A DNA stretch of 64,000 nucleotides from the NCBI RefSeq assembly GCF_036588685.1, contig NC_086382.1, forward strand, positions 59,520,001-59,584,000, given 5' to 3'. The notes beneath the pieces were generated by a model, which did no database searches, was not told the origin of the DNA, and was given only the letters and a program-made list of their open reading frames with translations. The stretch is from Mytilus trossulus. Taxonomy: Eukaryota. Positions 35,501-50,400 of the stretch are shown here, piece after piece. The number at the start of each line of letters is the position of its first letter. The first letter of the stretch is position 1. The position numbers were made by a program, and so were the translations under genes.

Positions 35501-38500
35501 AGAGTGGACACAATTTGTTAAGAACAACGAACAGATGGACAGACAGACGGACTGACCTTTGACCTAGGATGCATACATTATGACACATTCTCTGGTGTTG
35601 GTTAATATATATGTTAATTTGAAAATGTTTGTCAGGTATAAAGGATGAAATAATAACAGCTGTCCTCTCAAAATATAGTGTGGATCAAATTTGTTAGTGA
35701 TGGCCAGACCAACAGACAAACAGATCTTTGACCTAGGAAGTTGTACATACATCATGACACACCCTCTGGTGTTGGTAAAAATGGATGTCAAGTATAATAT
35801 TTGAAATCATAACGGTTCTCAAGATATAGAGCGGAAACAATCTTCACCACAGGACACGGGGTTGTCAACTGAAACCAAAGTTTTTTTTACCTTGACCTTT
35901 GACCTAGGAAGTTGTACATACATCATGACATGCCCTCTGGTGGTGGTTAAAATGGATGTCAAGTATAAACTTTGAAATCATAACGGTTATCTAGATATGG
36001 AGCGGACACAAGGTTGTCAACTGAAACCAAAGTTTTTGACCTTGACCTTTGACCTAGGAAGTTGTACATACATCATGACACACCCTCTGGTGTTGGTTAA
36101 CAAACTTGTTAAGTATTAAGTATAAAATTATAACAGTTATCTAGATATGGAGCGGACACGATCTTCACCACAGGACACGGGGTTGTCAACTGAAACCAAA
36201 GTTTTTGACCTTGACCTTTGACCTAGGAAGTTGTACATACATCATGACACACCCTCTGGTGTTTGTTAAAATGGATGTCAAGTATAAACTTTGAAATCTA
36301 ACTGTTTTCAAGATATAGAGTGGACACGATCTTCACCACAAGACACAGGGTTGTCAACTGAAACCAAAGTTTTTATACCTTGACCTTTGACCTAGGAAGT
36401 TGTACATACATCATGACACGCCCTCTGGTGGTGGTTAATTAACATGTAAAGTATAAAGTACGAAATCATAATGGTTCTCTAGATATGGAGCGGACACAAA
36501 GTTAAAGTGTTACGGACGGACGGCAGACTGATCACTATAGGGCAACCCGCCTAAAGGTGGGGCCCTAATAATTTATAATGTAATTTCTACTAATATGTAA
36601 CTATAGTTGAGTACTTACACAGAAACAAACCCTGATATATCTGGTGGACAGTAATCTAGTGGGTTCGGTGGAGGATTGTCAGTTAGATGAGCTGCTATAA
36701 ATTCTGGCTTCAGACATAGTATATTGTTACCCAATAGAACCTGTATGTCAGACTGAAAATATAAAATAGATGACTTGCTATAAATTCTGGCTTCAGACAT
36801 AGTATATTGTTACCCAATAGAACCTGTATGTCAGACTGAAAATATAAAATAGATGAGCTGCTATAAAATCTGGCTTCAGACAAAGTATATTGTTACCCAA
36901 TAGAACCTGTATGTCAGACTGAAAATATAAAATAGATGAGCTGCTATAAATTCTGGCTTCAGACATAGTATATTGTTACCCAATAGAACCTGTATGTCAG
37001 ACTGAAAATATAAAATAGATGAGCTCCTATAAATTCTGGCTTCAGACAAAGTATATTGTTACCCAATAGAATCTGTATGTCAGACTGAAAATATAAAATA
37101 GATAAGCTGCTATAAATTCTGGCTTCAGACAAAGTATATTGTTACCCAATAGAACCTGTATGTCAGACTGAAAATATAAAGTAGATGAGCTGCTATAAAT
37201 TCTGGCTTCAGACAAAGTATATTGTTACCCAATAGAACCTGTATGTCAGACTGAAAATATAAAGTAGATGAGCTGCTATAAATTCTGGCTTCAGACATAG
37301 TATATTGTTACCCAATAGAACCTGTATGTCAGACTGAAAATATAAAATAGATGAGCTGCTATAAAATCTGGCTTCAGACAAAGTATATTGTTACCCAATA
37401 GAACCTGCATGTCAGACTGAAAATATAAAATAGATGAGCTGCTATAAATTCTGGCTTCAGACATGGTATATTGTTACCCAATAGAACCTGTATGTCAGAC
37501 TGAAAATATAAAATAGATGAGCTGCTATAAATTCTGGCTTCAGACATAGTATATTGTTACCCAATAGAACCTGTATGTCTGACTGAAAATATAAAATAGA
37601 TGACTTGCTATAAATTCTGGCTTCAGACATAGTATATTGTTACCCAATAGAACCTGTATGTCAGACTGAAAATATAAAATAGATGAGCTGCTATAAAATC
37701 TGGCTTCAGACAAAGTATATTGTTACCCAATAGAACCTGTATGTCAGACTGAAAATATAAAATAGATGAGCTGCTATAAATTCTGGCTTCAGACATAGTA
37801 TATTGTTACCCAATAGAACCTGTATGTCAGACTGAAAATATAAAATAGATGAGCTGCTATAAATTCTGGCTTCAGACAAAGTATATTGTTACCCAATAGA
37901 ACCTGTATGTCAGACTGAAAATATAAAGTAGATGAGCTGCTATAAATTCTGGCTTCAGACATAGTATATTGTTACCCAATAGAACCTGTATGTCAGACTG
38001 AAAATATAAAATAGATGAGCTGCTATAAATTCTGGCTTCAGACAAAGTATATTGTTACCCAATAGAACCTGTATGTCAGACTGAAAATATAAAATAGATG
38101 AGCTGCTATAAATTCTGGCTTCAGACAAAGTATATTGTTACCCAATAGAACCTGTATGTCAGACTGAAAATATAAAATAGATGAGCTGCTATAAATTCTG
38201 GCTTCAGACAAAGTATATTGTTACCCAATAGAACCTGTATGTCAGACTGAAAATATAAAATAGATGAGCTGCTATAAATTCTGGCTTCAGACAAAGTATA
38301 TTGTTACCCAATAGAACCTGTATGTCAGACTGAAAATATAAAATAGATGAGCTGCTATAAATTCTGGCTTCAGACAAAGTATATTGTTACCCAATAGAAC
38401 CTGTATGTCAGACTGAAAATATAAAATAGATGAGCTGCTATAAATTCTGGCTTCAGGCAAAGTATATTGTTACCCAATAGAACCTGTATGTCAGACTGAA

Positions 38501-41500
38501 AATATAAAATAGATGAGCTGCTATAAATTCTGGCTTCAGACAAAGTATATTGTTACCCAATAGAACCTGTATGTCAGACTGAAAATATAAAATAGATGAG
38601 CTGCTATAAATTCTGGCTTCAGACAAAGTATATTGTTACCCAAAAGAACCTGTATGTCAGACTAAAAAAACAAAATACAAATCATATGACTAACGTCTAT
38701 ACATCGATTTATAACCAAGATCAAGCATGATCATCAGTTCAGCACATAAATAACTTATATCAGATAATTATGGGTTCTTTGTTACTTTGAATGTCATGAC
38801 TTCATACATGAAGATCATAGTAATTTAGGTAATACTTGCCTAAAAGAAACACTATTTTAGTCACTGAAATCAGTGGATTCTAATGAAAATAAAATATATG
38901 GCCAGAAACGACAATGAATGACAAACTACACAAATATACTGTGGATTTTGTTTGATATTTCTTTTGTGCTTTCGCCAAAATGTGCTTACATCTACAGAAA
39001 ATGTATACTTTGTTCAACATTTAAATTTATAGTTTTACCATGTATTTAATAAAAATTTGGTACCCATTGAATAATGATGAATCCAAACTGCAATTCAAAA
39101 AATATAGCTTCAACTCCATGATATACTTACAGGTTGTAAAGGCTTTTTGCTGAGGTCAAGGAATGCATGTGAAGCAGATATATTTTCTTCATATGGGGGT
39201 CTACAAAAGTAACATAAAATTGTTTAATCGTTACAAATGAAACGCATACCATTTGTACGAATTCTGTGGATAAAAAATCCTATTACTTTAAATTCTAAAA
39301 AATTGTATTATTTGAAGAACACCATTGTTTAAAATAGAAAATGGGGAAAGACAAATACCAGTAGGAATATGGAAACTATTAAATCAACCATTCAAGGTTT
39401 TCCAGAGTCTTTATGGTGACTTGAATAAGACCGGTACCACTCAGATTACATTTCTACCTTGACAGGTAAGTTTGTATTTAACCTATAAAATACTTATTTA
39501 GCCTTGAGAATTGAAAGGTCAGTTTATCCCATTCATAGAAGTTTACCTATGAGGGTCAGAATGGGGTTTACAGAATAGAGAATACATGTAATAGCAACAA
39601 AAAAATAGAGAAAAGAGAAAATGAACAATAAAATAAAATATAGAGAATACTGCGGTACAAAAGTATAAATAATAAATGTGCAAAATAACTTGAAAAGGTA
39701 ACTTTAGTAACTGTAATGCAATACTGATAATATAATGATCAATGTACATAATTGATAAATAATCTTGTAAAAGAAACACTATATATATTTTGTATATAAA
39801 AACATTTTACAGAATGAGAGTTATTAGCTCACCAGGCCCAAAGGGCCAAGGGAGCTTTTCCCTTCACTTGGCGTCCGTCGTCGTCGTTAGCTTTTACAAA
39901 AATCTTCTCCTCTGAAACTACTGGGCCAAATTAAACCAAACTTGGCCACAATCATCATTGGGGTATCTAGTTTAAAAAATATGTGGCGTGACCCGGTCAA
40001 CCAACCAAGATGGCCGCCACGGCTAAAAATGGAACATAGGGGTAAAATGCAGTTTTTGGCTTATAACTCAAAAACCAAAGCATTTAGAGCAAATCTGACA
40101 AAGAGTATAATTGTTAATCAGGTCAAGATCTATCTGCCCTGAAATTTTCAGATGAATCGGACAACCCTTTGTTGGGTTGCTGCCCCTGAATTGGTAATTT
40201 TAAGGAAATTTTGCTGTTTTTGGTTATTATTTTGAACATTATTATAGATAGAGATAAACTGTAAACAGCAATAATGTTCAGCAAAGTAAGATTTACAAAT
40301 AAGTCAACATGACCGAAATCGTCAGTTGACCCTTTTAGGAGTTATTGCCCTTTATAGTCAATTTTTAACAATTTTTCGTAAATCTTAGTTATCTTTTACA
40401 AAAATCTTCTCCTCTGAAACTACTGGGACAAATTAATCCAAACTTGGCCACAATCATCTTTGGGGTATCTAGTTTTAAAAATGTGTGGCGTGACCCGTTC
40501 AACCAACCAAGATGGCCATGGGCTAAAAATAGAACATAGGGGTAAAATGCAGTTTTTGGCTTATAACTCAGAAACCAAAGCATTTAGAGCAAATCTGACA
40601 TGGGGTTAAATTGTTTAGCAGATCAATATCTATCTGCCCTACAATTTTCAGATGAATCTGACAACCCGTTGTTGGGTTGCTGCCCGTGAATAGGTAATTT
40701 TAAGGAAATTTTGCTGTTTTTGGTTATTATCTTGAATATTATAATAGATAAAGATAAACTGTAAACAGCAATAATGTTCAGCAAAGTAAGATTTACAATT
40801 AAGTCAACATGACCGAAATGGTAAATTGACCCCCTAAGGAGTTATTTTCCTTTATAGTCAATTTTTAACAATTTTCATAAAATTTGTAAATTTTTATTAA
40901 CATTTCCACTGATACTACTAGGCCAATTCATTATAGATAGAGATAATTGTACTTTAACAATATCACAATAACAATAAAGTGACCTTAATTTTGGACAAGG
41001 TAAATGGCATGAAGCCAAATTTATCAACTTCTATTGTATGAAAGGGAAACTGACCTTTCAATTCTCAAGGCTAAATAAGTATTTCATAGGCTAAATACAA
41101 ACTTACCTGTCAATGTAGAATTGTAATCTGAGTGATACCGGTCTTATTCAAGTCACCATAACACTATTTATTGATTCAGATTTGAAATACATTATCACAA
41201 TTATGATCAGATAAATCAAAATAGACTCTTTAGTTTGGATCTGTATTTTCTAATCATTGAAAAAGGTTTTTAACTTTTGTAATATGTTCTTATAATATAC
41301 ATGTGAGGCATGAGGAAACATATTCTTAATCACAAAACTTTGAAACACTTACTTATTTTGTAGTACAGTAGCACCTCCAGCCTCTAGCAATCTTTTAAAA
41401 TTGTCATCTTTAACCTTATCACAATTCAGTAGCACTGTCCAACCATCAAATGCACCTATACATTGGTTAGTTGACTGTAAAAAATAAAACAAAGCTCACT

Positions 41501-44498
41501 ATCATAATGCATATTAATTTATTTCTGTGGTAACTAATCTTGTAGATTGAGGAAAAATTGTATATCTTAGATTTAAAAAAAAACTTATCTCAACTCTGCT
41601 TCACAACAAATACACAGTGTATATTATAATAACATGTTGTCATTTATTTTTGTGGTTTCTAATCTTGTGGATTGAGGGACAATTGTATATATGGTGGTGT
41701 TGTTTTTTACCTTGGTAGATTGTTGAGATGAACAAAAGCTTTAACTCATCTCATATCTGCATCACAACACATACACAGTGCAAATTATGATAACATGTTG
41801 TCAAGTATAAACCAAACAGTATCAACAGAGTCAGTCTTCAGTGAAAGAATAATTAATTGCTGCTCTTCTAAGACTGCATATCTACCACAATATACACATA
41901 ACTATTTTGTAAAAGTTATTCACAAGTTATTAAGATAAAACCAAAATGTCACTATTTTATATTTCATACAATTTACATCTTTTCTGTGAAACATCTTCAA
42001 ACTTACTAAAATGTTCAAGTCATCACTCATCCCAATTAAAAAAAAACCAGAATGTAAAATAAATCTTACCAAGAACAATTTCATTATATTTTAAAGAATT
42101 CAATTGAATATAAAATACCACTCCCACCTGTAGCGTATTTTGGACTTTGATCCTCCACCTGTATGCAGCAGCTGCCAGTTTAGCTGTTTGTTGATTGAGC
42201 AAACTTTGTGTTCCATCACCTCCCCATTCATAAAAATCTTCCTACAAATAGTGTTATTACTGTACATATAGCACTTATAGAAACTGTTGTTATTATTTAA
42301 CTACAAAATATCGTTCATTTTACTCTCTCACATTTTACCAATCATCCAGTTAAACTTACATAAAGGATGAATAAAACAGTAATAAATAACTAATTACATG
42401 CAAAGATATAAAAAAAAAAAGGTTAATAAAAGTTATGTTTTTTATTTCAAGTCCTATATAAAGCATGACAATACAAAAGAAAACAACTTTACTTGAAAGT
42501 CACATATATAAACACAAGTTCAAGTTTGTACATCATACTTAATGTATAGAAATTGTAATAGACATAAAAATATTAGAAGGATTGTTTTTTTTTATTCTTT
42601 GAAGTAATTTAGGTGTACCAAACATTATTTTTCTTTATCAGTAGTTAAAGATATATTCTCCTTTGTAAGTCTTTTAGAGAAGCCATTATCTAAATTTCTA
42701 ATTATAACTATTTATGTAACATAAAATGACCTTATTGAGGCTGTTCATTAAACTGTCATTACCTGAACAAATTGTCTCTCCTGACGACAAGCTTCAAAGT
42801 ATGATTTGTGTAGAACCCATTTCCCTGATGCTACACTTGCTAAAAACTTCTCATTTCTTGTAGGTTTACCTGAAAGTCATTGAACTTGTGTAAAAATATG
42901 TACTGCCTCTAAAAAGTTATAAAATTAGTACATCAATGCTTTTTATTTTATAATTCACAACCTTCAGTAAATGCCAGATACAGACATTTGAAATTTACTG
43001 AGTCTATCCTAAACTGTTTGACATATTTCTTTTGTTTCTTGTTTGTTTACTTTCTGCTTACTTGTCTTTAAAACTACAACAATGATTATCTCCAGAATGT
43101 TTGATGTTTCAGATAGATTTAAGATCGTACAAAATCCTTGATGGTGATTTTTTTTTATTGTTAGCCTCAGTCATTTTGGAAGCAGGAGTTTCATGTGTCA
43201 ATTTTCTCAGCTTCTATCTTTTATAATAGATTTGTATAATGTTATTGGGACACACAGATAAGAGTAATCCTGTTTTATTACACTATCTACATGTAAACAC
43301 TGCACACAAACCTATGACTAGATGTGTACAGGAACAATCAAAGTGTAGAGATTCTAATATCTTCCCTCCAAGCTGTTCTACTAAAGCACCATAATTATCT
43401 TTTTCCTAGAATATAAATAATAAATGTAAGGTCTGTTATGGTTATATCAAGGTATGTAATGATATAAATAATAATTGATTCCTATATTTTTGTAGGCACC
43501 TATTTTCAGAGATTTTGAAAACTTGCTTGTTTGTCAATCTCTGCATACAATGTCTATAGAAAGTTTTTAATTCTTTGAGTGTTAGGAAAAGAAACATAGA
43601 CATTAATAGTTTTACTTCTTGTGGTCACATTACAAAAATGTTTGTGAACTTAATTTGTGATATGCCTCCATCAAGATAATTTCATGAAAATATATAAAAT
43701 CCACAAAACACAAAATATTGACAGGATTTATAAAGTAATGTCTTACAGCTGGTTCCATGCCAGACATAATGAACACAGGGGGTGGTTTCTGGACTGGTTC
43801 CTCTTCAGGTTCTGGAGAGGGAATTCTATTCTCTTCTTTTCTTGACTTGTGGAATGCTATAACAAACAACATTTTCAATGTCTCTAATTAGTCAACGCTA
43901 AATTTTATATGAAAGGTAAGAAATAACATTAAAACTAAGTATGTTAATAGTCAAATGTGAATTTTTACTGTGTTCTTCCTTTGGCTCAATATGCATTTGA
44001 TGATTTATGTATTCACTCATTATTTCAAGTTTAAAGTCTCTTCTGAATAGATTTTTAATAATCTTTCTTGTACACCAATAACACTTGCTTTGTCCAATAT
44101 TTGATTTCTAAGTTAAATTCTGTTTGTTCTTTTAATGCATGAAAAAGTGTGTTTCTTTTTAATGTTCTATGGTAATACTATTGCTTTTTTTTCTATATTA
44201 GATAAATTTTGATATTTTTTGTAACAATTTATTTATAAAGTTAACAGATATTCATTTCTTTTAACTTTTTATAATGGGTGTATGGGAAAGTGCCTTTATT
44301 AAGTCAGGAATATGACATTGTTATCTATTACTTTGATGGGTTGAGCTTTTGATTTTGCAATTTGCTTAGTGCTTTCTGTTTAAATTTTTCCATGATGTTT
44401 TATATTTTTAATATTGTACTTTTATATACATGTAAATATAAATACCTACCTAGAGATGGACCCTCCGGAGTTGGAACTCTTTCCTCTTTTGGTTTTTC
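32591..44498 (-). CDS. TOPBP1: TOPBP1 last nine exons (BRCT7/BRCT8 and basic NLS-like tail), functional copy B
   Basis: Open frame from [18 protein letters not shown] through [46 protein letters not shown] and ASHAF to [13 protein letters not shown]. Confidence 0.93.
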
Positions 44499-47400
44499 CT
44501 TTAATATTGTCAAATAAAAAAAGAAAATATAATCACACTGTACTCGTGTAATGCTAGCAATTTATCATATTATAACAAAATAAATGTTTCAGTTGTTACT
44601 CTGTACTGTTGAGATATGGATGATTTTTTTGTTTTTCTGTTTTCATGTTTTACTTTTTACATTTTATCTTTTAAATTGGATCTTACATCTTCCTTAATTA
44701 ATGCGTATAAATTCCCAAAAATCATCAGAATGACAAACAGGATGCATGTGTAATTATGCTAAGCATATCCGTCTAATTTTGTAAGTGTCTGTTATCGTAA
44801 AGTAACTACTATAAATTTGAAAAGCTGATACACTTTACAAAGCATCACTGTTGAGCTTCTGAACAAATATGAAGTCAATCTGTCGTGTAGATTTTGAGTA
44901 AAGTGGGTCAAAAATATTTGTTAAATAAACAGGTGGAGGTGATTGCAATTTAGCCAACTTTTAAAGTGGGAGTATAATATTTAATTCAGCCAAAATAAAG
45001 TTTAAAATTATTTGTACATTTTGTACATGAGACAAATTTTCCTTTTTGTTATCACATAGTTGTATGGTGTATGAGAAATTGTGTACTTCCTATCCTTGGG
45101 TCATGTATCAAAGTTATTGAAACATTTTGCTTGCTCCATATTTAAGGATAGCAACATACACAGCAACTCTGAATCACTCTGAAATGGAAAAATAAAATCC
45201 TATACTTACTTGAGGAACTTCAGCTTCAGGTTCGTGTAACCCTTCCTCATAATCTATGTCTTCTTCCTCCTCAGAGAACTCCCCGTCCAGGAACTCAGCT
45301 ACATCCTGGGTAGGGCTACACGCTCGTTCAAGTTTGTGAGCTAACTTTTCTTGTTCTAGTCTGTAAAGCATTTACCAGAGGCATTGATATAAACGGGAGG
45401 AAAGGGAGATTTTTTTACGTTATAATACATTAACTTGTAGTGGATTATTGTCTATTTCTTATTATGTATGTATAAAAAAAATGATTTTTTAAATTTGAAA
45501 TGCCTTCTTACTCCTTATTGCTATACCTTCAGAAAAGTCTAAATCTGTATTGCAGAAAAAAATATCATCAATTAAGATAATTCTAACTATATCTGAACAC
45601 TAAATTATCTTTGACAGATTTAAATATTATTAGAGAGTATATTCATCAAAATATATTCACTTCTGATTCGTAACAATAAAGTGTTGGTTTTTAAAAAAAA
45701 GTTTTATTATGCAAAACCTCAGAAACTAAGAAGTATGTAACTCCCCCACGAGAAGAACCAGTAAAGAAATACTATAAGAACAAAGTCTCCCATTTGTTGA
45801 TGGGGAATATAAAAAGTAAACATGGAAGCTTATTAGTTATAATTCTAAAAAATTTGTAAGGGTTCCGCGGAACCCAGTGTCTCGCCTACTTTTGCTGTAA
45901 ATCGCAGGTTCAACAAAAATGAGGCAAAAAATCAATAAAAATATTCCTCTTGATACTATCCTATGATTGTAAGAAGGTTCTGTCCAAGTTTGGTAAAAAT
46001 CTAGGACAGTTAATGAATCTAATAAATGTGTTGAAAACTTTAACTACAGACTGTATGTAATGTTAACTAGAAGAAAATCTAAGTCAATTTAAAAGTAAAA
46101 TACAGAAAAAATGGAGTTATACAAAATTTACTAACTTATGATCATAAATAAGCTTCTGTCCAAGTTTGGTACAAACCCAGGATAGTTTAAGAAAGTTATT
46201 CAAATTTTAAAAACTTTTACCACAGAGTGAATGTAATGTTTCCCTGCAGAAAAACTAAGTTCATTTAAAGGTAAAATACGGAATAAATGGATTTATTATT
46301 TTATAAATTTTGCCTCTGGATACTATCTTATGATCATAAACAAGTGTCTGTCCAAGTTTGGTACAAACCAAGGATAGTTTAAGAAAGTTATTCAAATTCT
46401 AAAAACTTTAACCACAGAGTGAATGTAATATTTCCCCACAGAAAAAAATAAGTCCATTTAAAAGTAAAATACGGAAAAAATGGAATTTTATTTTTACAAA
46501 GTTTACTTCTGGATACTATCTTATGATCATAAACAAGCTTCTGTTCAAGTTTGGTAGAAATCCAGTATAGTTTAAGAAAGTTATTAAAATTTCAAAAACT
46601 TTAACCACAGAGTGAATATTTGTGGACGCCGCCGCCGCCGACGGAATGTAGGATCGCTTAGTCTCGCTTTTTCGACTAAAGTCGAAGGCTCGACAAAAAG
46701 GTTTTAATCAGATGATATAAAATACATCTTACCTTCCAGTATGATCATCCCATGTGACCTGCACACTCTGTGAAGGCTCCGGTCCTGAGTGATTTTCTAA
46801 CGCTTTCCCTGTTAAATATATATACAAATTTTCATTACTGGATAATAATTTTAAGAAAGGATAATTTAAAATCCAACTGAAAATGTGATGCATTATAGTA
46901 GATTTTGCAAAAAACAAAACTTTAGTATTAAAAGACAGATGGGCAGAAAATATGTCTTCCTATGGAAATGAGGGAATTTAACTATAACAATAAAAATCTT
47001 ACAGCAGACTTAAAATCTTTTTCTTTTTTTATATATATATATAATTGATTCAAACCTGAGCTTGTTGGAGTCTTCTTTTCAACTTTATCGTCTACAATAA
47101 GATCAAATGATTTAAATTTTAAATCACATTTCAATATCAAACATCAGAATAAATTTTAACAGACTTTTCATTATGACACCTTTATATCAACTGAAATGTG
47201 TAACCTCATTGAACAAGTTGACATCATTTTGTAAAAATTCATAGATATGTCAAATGTTGATATTCATCTTTTTATTTCTGCATGTTTAATTTAAAGTGGT
47301 CTTGTAAGGAGCATGAATTGCTAATCAATACATTCAGGTAAGCTAGTTTCATCCAAATCAAGATGTCAAGGAATATTATGATAATAATATGAAAATTAAT

Positions 47401-50400
47401 ACAATGTACATAAAAAATAATTTGCAGCAGTCTAATTGATTGTCCCCAAGGCTTTGTGATATATTTGCACATTTTGTAGTCTTATTTTCATCATTTTCAC
47501 CTAATGTCACAATACATGTTAAAATTCAGAGAATAAAGATAATTATGACCTCTGTTAACATTCAAGCCTGTAGTTACTTTAACTTACCAGTTAAACTCCA
47601 TCTGTTTTGTCTAGAACTATTTTTATCAGCACTACCTGACAGATCACCGGACAAATTACCACTACCTGTCGAAATAAACAAACTCATCGAAATCAATTAT
47701 CTTCATTTACATATTAACATTTATCTGTCTTCAATCATTTTCCATTTCTTTGATTTTCAATATATGAGTTAGGCTGTTTATAGTATAGAAACATATTACA
47801 TAAGCAGAAACATAAGGTGCCTTGGAAGTCTGCATGTTTTCTAAATAAAATATTGTAAAATCTGATATTTCTGTATGCATAATTTGTTGCAAAATTGTTC
47901 AGTAACAGAAAAAAATGTGAGATTGTTATTACAATTTTAGGAAATGCTACATGCAAATATTTCTATAAAATCTGAAATGTGAGTTTTTATATATGACAAT
48001 TAGTATCATGTCAAAATTTTTGAAAATAATTAAAACCAAATATAGTATACAAGTAAAAAATTCATCATTTCCTGATGTTAAAAGATAACACAGTAATACT
48101 AAAAACTTACAATTTAATCTTTTACTCCTTCTCCTCATTGCTTTTTTAGTTCTGGAAGTAATAAACAACAATAAAAGGAAGAACTAAAGATAACAAAAAA
48201 TTCAATCGAATAAAAAGCATAATAACAGGAATTTCATTTGAGAACTATGAAAGTTCTATCAAGTTTTAACTTTTTCCTTTCATTACATGTGCACATATTA
48301 TTTAGATGCATTCTAAAGACTGTTGGGCACAGAGACACCCTTGTCTTGTGCTACTTAAAAGTGTCACCATAATAAAATGGAATATCAAAAAGGTATCTTA
48401 TCAGAAGCAAGTTAAATGCTAGTATTTTTAAAACATATTGGGTATAACTATAGTTCCTTTTGACTCGAAATATTTTAATTTCCACCTATTTACAAACAAA
48501 ATGATGAAATCTGGTCCTTTTAACTTATCACAAAAAAAAGATTTGATTCTCAAATCCAGTGTCCTAATACAGTAAATTTTTAATGTTCTGTACTATTTGG
48601 CCTGTAAATTTTGTTTTCCCAACATATTTTAGTATGACAAATAACATAGCCCTGCTGTGTCAGATATGTCAGATAATCTTCTTTTTGTTGGTAAGATACT
48701 GTAACAATGATTTCTGATGAACATAAGTTATTTTCCTATGTAATCAGGATTATAACACAAAACCAACTGGACCAGGAATTAAATTAGTTTTTTATTATTT
48801 TCAATTCTTACTTTGATGCTGCCATAATACTTTCCATCTCCTTTGATAGAACTTCCCTCATTTCCATGGACCCTGCTGCTGGCACAGCATCCTAATATCA
48901 ACATAAAAATAGTGAAAATTTAAGTTAAAAGTAGGTAATGAACATGATAAAAGAGGGTGACTGTCAATTTTATTCAACTTAAATTAAAACTATTCATACA
49001 TGTTTTTTTTTTTTCTTTTTATATCAAGATCTACAAATGAAGGCAATGATTTGAAAGAAAAAAGACCAAAAGGTCAAAATACTGAGACTACTATTATATG
49101 AAAATTGTTTGCTAGTTCTTTCTAATAATTTTCATCAAAATTTTTAATAAAAGTTATACTTGAGTAAAATGAACACATTGAACTTTTCTAGTAAAATATT
49201 TGCCTGGTTTACAAATGTGTAACTAACCTCTTTCCCTCGATCTTCATCAATGGAATTTATACTACTTTTCCTATTCCTTCTTCCACCCTTTGTTATTTCT
49301 TCCGGAACCTCCACTACATTCCCTAGCCTTGACCTTATTTCAGTATCAGTGTCTGTTTGTCCTTGACCTAACCTTGACCTTATTTCATTATCTGTGTCAC
49401 TTTCACTAACTGTTTCCTTGTCCGATTCCATTACTTTTTGTACTGGCTTTTTTAATGTTTTTTCTACTTCCTGGTCAAAGGTCAATATTTCTGGTTTCAG
49501 GTCACTTGCTGATTCTAACCGTGTTGCCCTGGTTGCTTTTCTGCTACTTCTAGCAGGTGTTCTTGCTGGGGTTCCAGTCTTTTTTCTTGACACAGACTAA
49601 AATAGAAATCTTTTAGTTATTGAAGGCTTTTAACATACCTTTAAATTAACAAAACATATTATTTATACTACTTATAAAAAAAAGCTTTTTCGTTTCCTGC
49701 TTCTTTATCAAAACTTTTTGCAGTAATTATACATCTAAAAAGACAAAATTATAATTAAATATGATGAAATATCAGTGATTATTTCATTCTTGCACATCTC
49801 TAGACACATAATGCTTTATTTGAATAACAATTTTAATATTTTTAGATGGCCTACACAAACTTGAAAAAAAATAATAACAGTTTTTAAACAACTATCAGAT
49901 TTCTCTATTTTTTTCAGAATAATTTTCAAATTTCAACTGACAGTAACTTCCTACGTTTCATCTAATATCATTTTATTTAAGATGATAGTCAAATAATAAA
50001 CTTACCAGTGTAAGATTTGGATTGTAGTTATGTGGAAACAATGACTCATCTACCCAGGCGTTCTGTTCTTTACACTGAAAATAAAAACGTAATAAGAATA
50101 TACTTACAATATGATCTTCTATGAACATCTAGATAGATATAATATCAATTATTTAAACTTCGAGCAGTAAAATTTACAGTTTTCTTTTAGATATTACAAG
50201 TTTGAATTATAAACTTGTATGTTATTTTCTTTACCGAGGATGCAGTAGAAATTCTCACAGTTGAGATGTATGCTTTATAATACATGTATTTTCCAAATCA
50301 TGAAGTATTTAATGATTTTTTTAACCGTATATTCCTTCATTATACTTAATTCAAAATTTTTGGTTTAAATTACATCCATCATTTTTCCTTACTATAATTT

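Larger units (their letters stand above)
29408..44600. repeat. Segmental duplication, copy B
   Basis: Partner of 3098-14080. It is longer because of inserts at 33283-34553, 35119-36568, the 83 bp array and ~39405-41165. Confidence 0.9.

Noticed and set aside
36686-38663. CRISPR-like appearance of the regular arrays (also 59829-62421)
   Set aside because: The units are head-to-tail with no unique spacers, there are no cas genes, and the context is a eukaryotic intron.
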